Shown here piece by piece: positions 59,949-64,000 of a stretch of 64,000 nucleotides of DNA; the stretch's first letter is position 1, and each line of letters opens with the position of its first letter. The stretch comes from an uncultured Collinsella sp. (GTDB lineage: Bacteria; Actinomycetota; Coriobacteriia; Coriobacteriales; Coriobacteriaceae), in contig CAJKHC010000009.1 in the NCBI GenBank assembly GCA_905199605.1, positions 35,936-99,935 of the forward strand. Direction: 5' to 3'. The translations under genes were made by a program, and so were the position numbers. A model generated the notes under the pieces. The model was not told the origin of the DNA, ran no database searches, and was given only the letters and a program-made list of their open reading frames with translations.

Positions 59949-60675
59949 TGAAGATCACCTTAAGGTTGGAGTCGTTATGGTCTAGATGATGACGAACGGT
60001 ATCGACGGCAACGCGCGCGGCGGCTTGCTGGGGATAGCCAAAGACGCCCGTCGAGATGCAGCAGAATGCAAGCGTGTCGAGCCCTTGGCGTGTCGCTTCG
60101 TCCAGACAGCTGGTGTAGCAACGGCGTAGTAGCAATTCTTCGCGCGGGCCGGGCTTATGGCTGGGCACGATGGGGCCGACGGTGTGAAAGATGTGGCTGC
60201 TCGGCAGGCTAAACGCTGGCGTGACCTTAACGCGTGCGGTCGGTTCCTCATGCCCCTGCTTACACATGAGGTTGGCGCACGTCAGACGTAGCTGCATGCC
60301 GGCGTATGTGTGGATGGCGTTGTCGATGCAGTGGTGCCCCGGCACAAAGCAGCCGAGCATTTGGCTGTTGGCGGCGTTGGCGATGGCGTCGGCTTTAAGC
60401 AGTGTGATGTCACCGCGCCAGACGGCAACGTGATTGCGGTAGGGGAGTGTGCCGGCATCGGTCGCTCCGCCGCGCTCAACAATTCGCTGATGCAGGTAGG
60501 CGTCCTGGACGTCGAGGGTTTCTGTCGTAAGCGCTTCGGGCGGCCGCACGTTCATAAGGGCTCTGAGCAAATCACGCTGCTCGTCGGCTCCGGCAGGAAC
60601 GGCAACGTCGCGTCCATCCGGTCGCTCATCGAGCAATGCGTTGATAAGCCAAACACGACGCTCGGCTTGATTCAT
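59890..60675 (-). CDS. Zn-macrodomain protein-ADP-ribose hydrolase
   Basis: LRALMNVRPP, WRGDIT, NAANSQMLGCFVPGHHCIDNAIH, HTVGP, FCCISTGVFGYP; AGGAGG RBS. Confidence 0.92.
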   Translation of the reverse strand: MNQAERRVWLINALLDERPDGRDVAVPAGADEQRDLLRALMNVRPPEALTTETLDVQDAYLHQRIVERGGATDAGTLPYRNHVAVWRGDITLLKADAIANAANSQMLGCFVPGHHCIDNAIHTYAGMQLRLTCANLMCKQGHEEPTARVKVTPAFSLPSSHIFHTVGPIVPSHKPGPREELLLRRCYTSCLDEATRQGLDTLAFCCISTGVFGYPQQAAARVAVDTVRHHLDHNDSNLKVIFNVFLASDESIYRELLQTDR

Positions 60676-60775
60676 GGCTGGCCTCCTGTCCAATTGATTC
60701 GGGTGTGTCTGACAGTAGTGTGCAGCCTGGATCGTTTTTAAAAAAGAAGGCACAAAAAGGTAACCGTGGAGCGGT

Positions 60776-60885
60776 ATGCCCCACGGCATCCATTTCCTTT
60801 AGGCTTGACGAGAGCACCTTTTGGCTGATGCCGGGAATAGAGCGATGGAGAGCGTTGAAGCCCAATGGCTGCCTGTGCCGGGCCC
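60776..60885 (-). pseudogene. HxlR-family regulator fragment
   Basis: FNALHRSIPGISQKVLSSSLKEM winged-helix segment only. Confidence 0.6.
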
Positions 60886-60886
60886 A

Positions 60887-60957
60887 TGCAAAAAGCTGTA
60901 CACTAGCATCCAAAGATGTCGAAAAACGTCAACTTTGGATGCCGGCGTACATGTTTG
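60887..60957. repeat. 70-bp hairpin repeat, copy 2
   Basis: TGCAAAAAGCTGTAC...GCATCCAAAGATGTC...CTTTGGATGC...GTACATGTTTG. Confidence 0.85.
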
Positions 60958-61003
60958 GGTCGTATGGGCTTGGACGTCGGGGCGAGCCGACTGCAATTGC
61001 GTA

Positions 61004-61249
61004 CTAGAGCAGGTTCTTCTGTATCCATGCGATGATGTCGCTCGACTCGTAGAGCGGCTTTCCGTCGATGAATAGGCAGGGAACCTGGCGTTTTCCTCCG
61101 ACGGCGATGAGCGTCCGCTCGGCATCGGAATCGGTCGAGATATTGCGCTCGGGAATGGTCACGCCGTTATCGGCCAAAAAGCGCTTGACCTTTATGCAAT
61201 ACGGGCAGCCAGTCATAACGTAGAGCGCGAGTTCATGATCAGTAGCCAT
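61004..61249 (-). CDS. Glutaredoxin
   Basis: CPYC, QVPCLFIDG, YESSDI. Confidence 0.92.
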   Translation of the reverse strand: MATDHELALYVMTGCPYCIKVKRFLADNGVTIPERNISTDSDAERTLIAVGGKRQVPCLFIDGKPLYESSDIIAWIQKNLL

Positions 61250-61301
61250 GGTGTCTCCAATCGGTTGGGGTTTCGGTTGAGATACCCAAAGCCGCCGCAG
61301 T

Positions 61302-62129
61302 CTATGCGCGATCCATTGATGACTCGATGGCATGGACCAGAAACGCCGTGGCTCCGGTGCCGCAGGGCTTGTCGTAGTAGTCGATAAAGCGCTGATCGGC
61401 AAGATAGCCGTGGGCGAGGCCCAGGTATGCTTCGTCTTGGGGTTCGTGTCCCCAGTTAAGGCCAATCCATCGACGGTGCATTGCGACAAGCTTGCGCGCC
61501 TCGCTTCCATCCGGTTCGCCGTCGCCCATGGCGATCGAGAGCTGGCCCAGAATAGCGCGTTCAAGTTCCTTCATGTCGTTCCATGTCTCGGGGTCCATGT
61601 CCAGCAGTGCCTCGTTTGCTGCATCGACGGCCTCATCGCCATAGCGCGCCCGGGCCTCGGCACCGTAGCGCTCCTCGTTTTCCTGCACGGTACGCCAGCG
61701 CTCCAGTTGTGGCAGGACAGCGCCCATAAGCGAGACGGCTTCGTCGAGCGACATGCCGGTGTTTTGCGCCAGACGCGGGGCGCAGTCCTCGATCATCGCC
61801 TCCATCGTGGTCTCGTAGGTGTACTTGCCGTGGTCGTAGCACCACTTGCAGTAATGGTCGGTCGTGGCGCCGTGGGCATCGGTGCCGCATTCGTTGGGCG
61901 TGAGTATCATGCCGCAGCTCTGGCAATAGTGCTCGGGCATTTCGAGCAGGTGGGACAGCGGCTCTCCGGTTACGGCGGCAATAAGCTTCATCATGTCGAT
62001 GCCCGGGGTGACTTCGCCGCGCTCCCAACGGCTCACGGCCTGGCGCGTGACGTAGAGCTTGGCGGCGAGCTGCTCTTGGGTGAGATTGTTGGCGCGACGG
62101 ACGGCGATGAGTTTTTCTGCAAAGGCCAT
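61302..62129 (-). CDS. XRE HTH + zinc ribbon + TipAS-domain regulator
   Basis: HTH_3; CQSCGM...YCKWC; EARARYG...YLADQRF..YYD. Confidence 0.85.
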   Translation of the reverse strand: MAFAEKLIAVRRANNLTQEQLAAKLYVTRQAVSRWERGEVTPGIDMMKLIAAVTGEPLSHLLEMPEHYCQSCGMILTPNECGTDAHGATTDHYCKWCYDHGKYTYETTMEAMIEDCAPRLAQNTGMSLDEAVSLMGAVLPQLERWRTVQENEERYGAEARARYGDEAVDAANEALLDMDPETWNDMKELERAILGQLSIAMGDGEPDGSEARKLVAMHRRWIGLNWGHEPQDEAYLGLAHGYLADQRFIDYYDKPCGTGATAFLVHAIESSMDRA

Positions 62130-62269
62130 AACGGCTCCTTTCTGCTGCTTGTTGGTTTAAGCATACGCGGCGGTCGGCACCCTTCCAAGCAACCGTTAGT
62201 TGCATGCGGGGCGGTCGCGATGGGGGATTGTGCGAGGCGCCCATGCCCTCATGCCGTACAATGACCGGC

Positions 62270-63007
62270 ATGGAACCTATCGCACACATACATACCGACC
62301 TGCCGCAGAAGTTCGGCATCCCGCGCAACAGCTTTTTGGCGCCTCATCTGCAGGGGCGCATCGTCTTTGAGCCGGAATTTGCCTCCAACGCAGCGGTTGA
62401 GGGCCTGGATTCCTTCTCTCACCTATGGCTGCTGTGGCGCTTCGAAAACGGAACGCCCGGCGGCACGGCTAAGGACATAGCCGCCGATGCCAAAACGCAG
62501 GACAGGTCCGGCACCAACGCAAAATGGTCGAAAACCGTGTGTCCGCCGCGTCTGGGTGGAGCCGAGCGCGTGGGCGTGTTTGCCACGCGCAGTCCGTTTC
62601 GCCCTAATCCCATCGGTCTTACCTGCGTCAAGATCAGCCGTGTTGAGCTTACCGACGACGGCCCTATCATCCATGTGTTGGGGGCCGACCTGCGCGACGG
62701 GACGCCCATCTATGACATTAAGCCCTACATTCCGTTTGCAGACTGTCACCCGGACGCGACCGGCGGCTGGATTGAGGACGCGCCGTGGCAAGAGCTCGAC
62801 GTCGAGTTTCCGCAGGCGCTGCAGGATATGGTCCCGCCTACAAAGCTTTCTGGCTTGGTTGAGGTTCTTCGCCAAGATCCGCGCCGCGCGGGTAGCAAGC
62901 ACGAGCCAAACCGTGTTTATCACTTGGCATATGCCGGACTCGACGTGTCTTTTGCCGTTGACGGAACCAGGCTGACGGTAACCGCTATCAACGACGCGCA
63001 AGACTAA
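62270..63007 (+). CDS. trmO: tRNA (N6-threonylcarbamoyladenosine(37)-N6)-methyltransferase TrmO
   Basis: KFGIPR, GVFATRSPFRPNPIGLT, DGTPIYDIKPY, QDPR; TACAAT just upstream suggests a leaderless start (62261 also possible). Confidence 0.9.
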   Translation: MEPIAHIHTDLPQKFGIPRNSFLAPHLQGRIVFEPEFASNAAVEGLDSFSHLWLLWRFENGTPGGTAKDIAADAKTQDRSGTNAKWSKTVCPPRLGGAERVGVFATRSPFRPNPIGLTCVKISRVELTDDGPIIHVLGADLRDGTPIYDIKPYIPFADCHPDATGGWIEDAPWQELDVEFPQALQDMVPPTKLSGLVEVLRQDPRRAGSKHEPNRVYHLAYAGLDVSFAVDGTRLTVTAINDAQD

Positions 63008-63119
63008 CCAGCCATTCGTCCGCACCCGTCAAATTAAGCGCCAAACCCCATGTCAAAACCGCCCACGCTGGTGGACAATAACGCCTATCGAAACAATCCG
63101 CTTTGCACGGGAGCTCAGC

Positions 63120-64000
63120 ATGAAATACGACTTTACCTCGCTTATCGACCGCCACGGTATGGACGCCATCGCCGTTGACTCCTGGGGAGAAATTCCCGAC
63201 ATGGCTCCGAACGCACCCGACGAGGGCTTCGACCGCATCCCCATGTGGGTGGCGGATATGAATTTTGCCACGGTGCCCACGGTTCAGGAACACATCATTC
63301 AGCGCGCCCAGCATCCCATGTTTGGCTATTTCAATCCGCGTGACGAGTACTTCGACCGCATCATCGAATGGCAAAGCCGTCGCAACGGCGTTGAGGGCTT
63401 GGCGCCGGAGCATATCGGCTACGAAAACGGCGTGCTGGGCGGTGTCGTGTCGACGCTGCGCGCATATGTCCAGCCGGGCGATGCGGTACTGGTCCACAGT
63501 CCCACCTACATCGGCTTTACCAAGTCTATCGAAGCCGCGGGCTATCGCATTGTCCACAGCCCGCTTAAGCTCGACGACCAAGGCGTGTGGCGCATGGACT
63601 TTGAGGACATGGAGCGAAAGCTCGCCCAAAACCACATCCATGCCGCGGTGTTCTGCTCGCCGCACAATCCCTGCGGCCGCGTATGGGGGCGCGACGAGAT
63701 CGAACGTGCCATGGACATCTATCGCCAGCACGATTGCGTGGTGATCTCGGATGAGATTTGGTCCGATATCATCCTGCCGGGTCACAAGCATATCCCGACG
63801 CAGTCGGTGAGCGAGGATGCCCGCATGCGCACGGTTGCCCTCTATGCGCCCAGCAAGACGTTTAACCTGGCGGGCCTGGTCGGCAGCTACCACATCATCT
63901 ATAACGAGACGCTGCGCGACCGCGTGTGCGCCGTGTCCAACAAGACGCACTACAACGAGATGAACGTCCTCTCCATGCATGCGCTTATCGGTGCCTACCA
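63120..64000 (+). CDS. PatB/MalY-family PLP aminotransferase / C-S lyase, partial
   Basis: MKYDFTS, PMWVADMNF, CSPHNPCGRVW, SDEIW, APSKTFNLAG; runs off window. Confidence 0.9.
   Translation, partial: MKYDFTSLIDRHGMDAIAVDSWGEIPDMAPNAPDEGFDRIPMWVADMNFATVPTVQEHIIQRAQHPMFGYFNPRDEYFDRIIEWQSRRNGVEGLAPEHIGYENGVLGGVVSTLRAYVQPGDAVLVHSPTYIGFTKSIEAAGYRIVHSPLKLDDQGVWRMDFEDMERKLAQNHIHAAVFCSPHNPCGRVWGRDEIERAMDIYRQHDCVVISDEIWSDIILPGHKHIPTQSVSEDARMRTVALYAPSKTFNLAGLVGSYHIIYNETLRDRVCAVSNKTHYNEMNVLSMHALIGAY

Overview
High-GC bacterial chromosome segment; gene content and style suggest a gut Coriobacteriia such as Collinsella (inference). The core stretches are: two TPR-like paralogues, an Fe-ADH plus two glycerol dehydrogenase paralogues, a 4Fe-4S protein, ychF, asparaginase, guaA, a GyrA-box-less type IIA topoisomerase pair, Dus, TrmO and a PatB/MalY aminotransferase. 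From the 3' end of guaA (12510) to about 33100 lies a mosaic accessory region with no integrase in the window, punctuated by four copies of the guaA 3'-end att-like core. It carries SAM methyltransferases, yjdF riboswitches, an AbiF/Abi_2 HEPN gene followed by two separately promoted structured small-RNA units, a mef/msr-type macrolide resistance pair with a candidate leader-peptide attenuator, a radical SAM mobile pair, and a TetR-linked operon of three tandem class M-like sirtuins. The right half holds a Tat-plus-sortase-type surface protein, a second guaA lacking the GATase domain, a two-component/thiol-redox module, a Zn-macrodomain/SirTM pair and several families of palindromic intergenic repeats. 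No tRNA, rRNA or CRISPR array was seen. All calls come from reading motifs by eye; no database searches were run.
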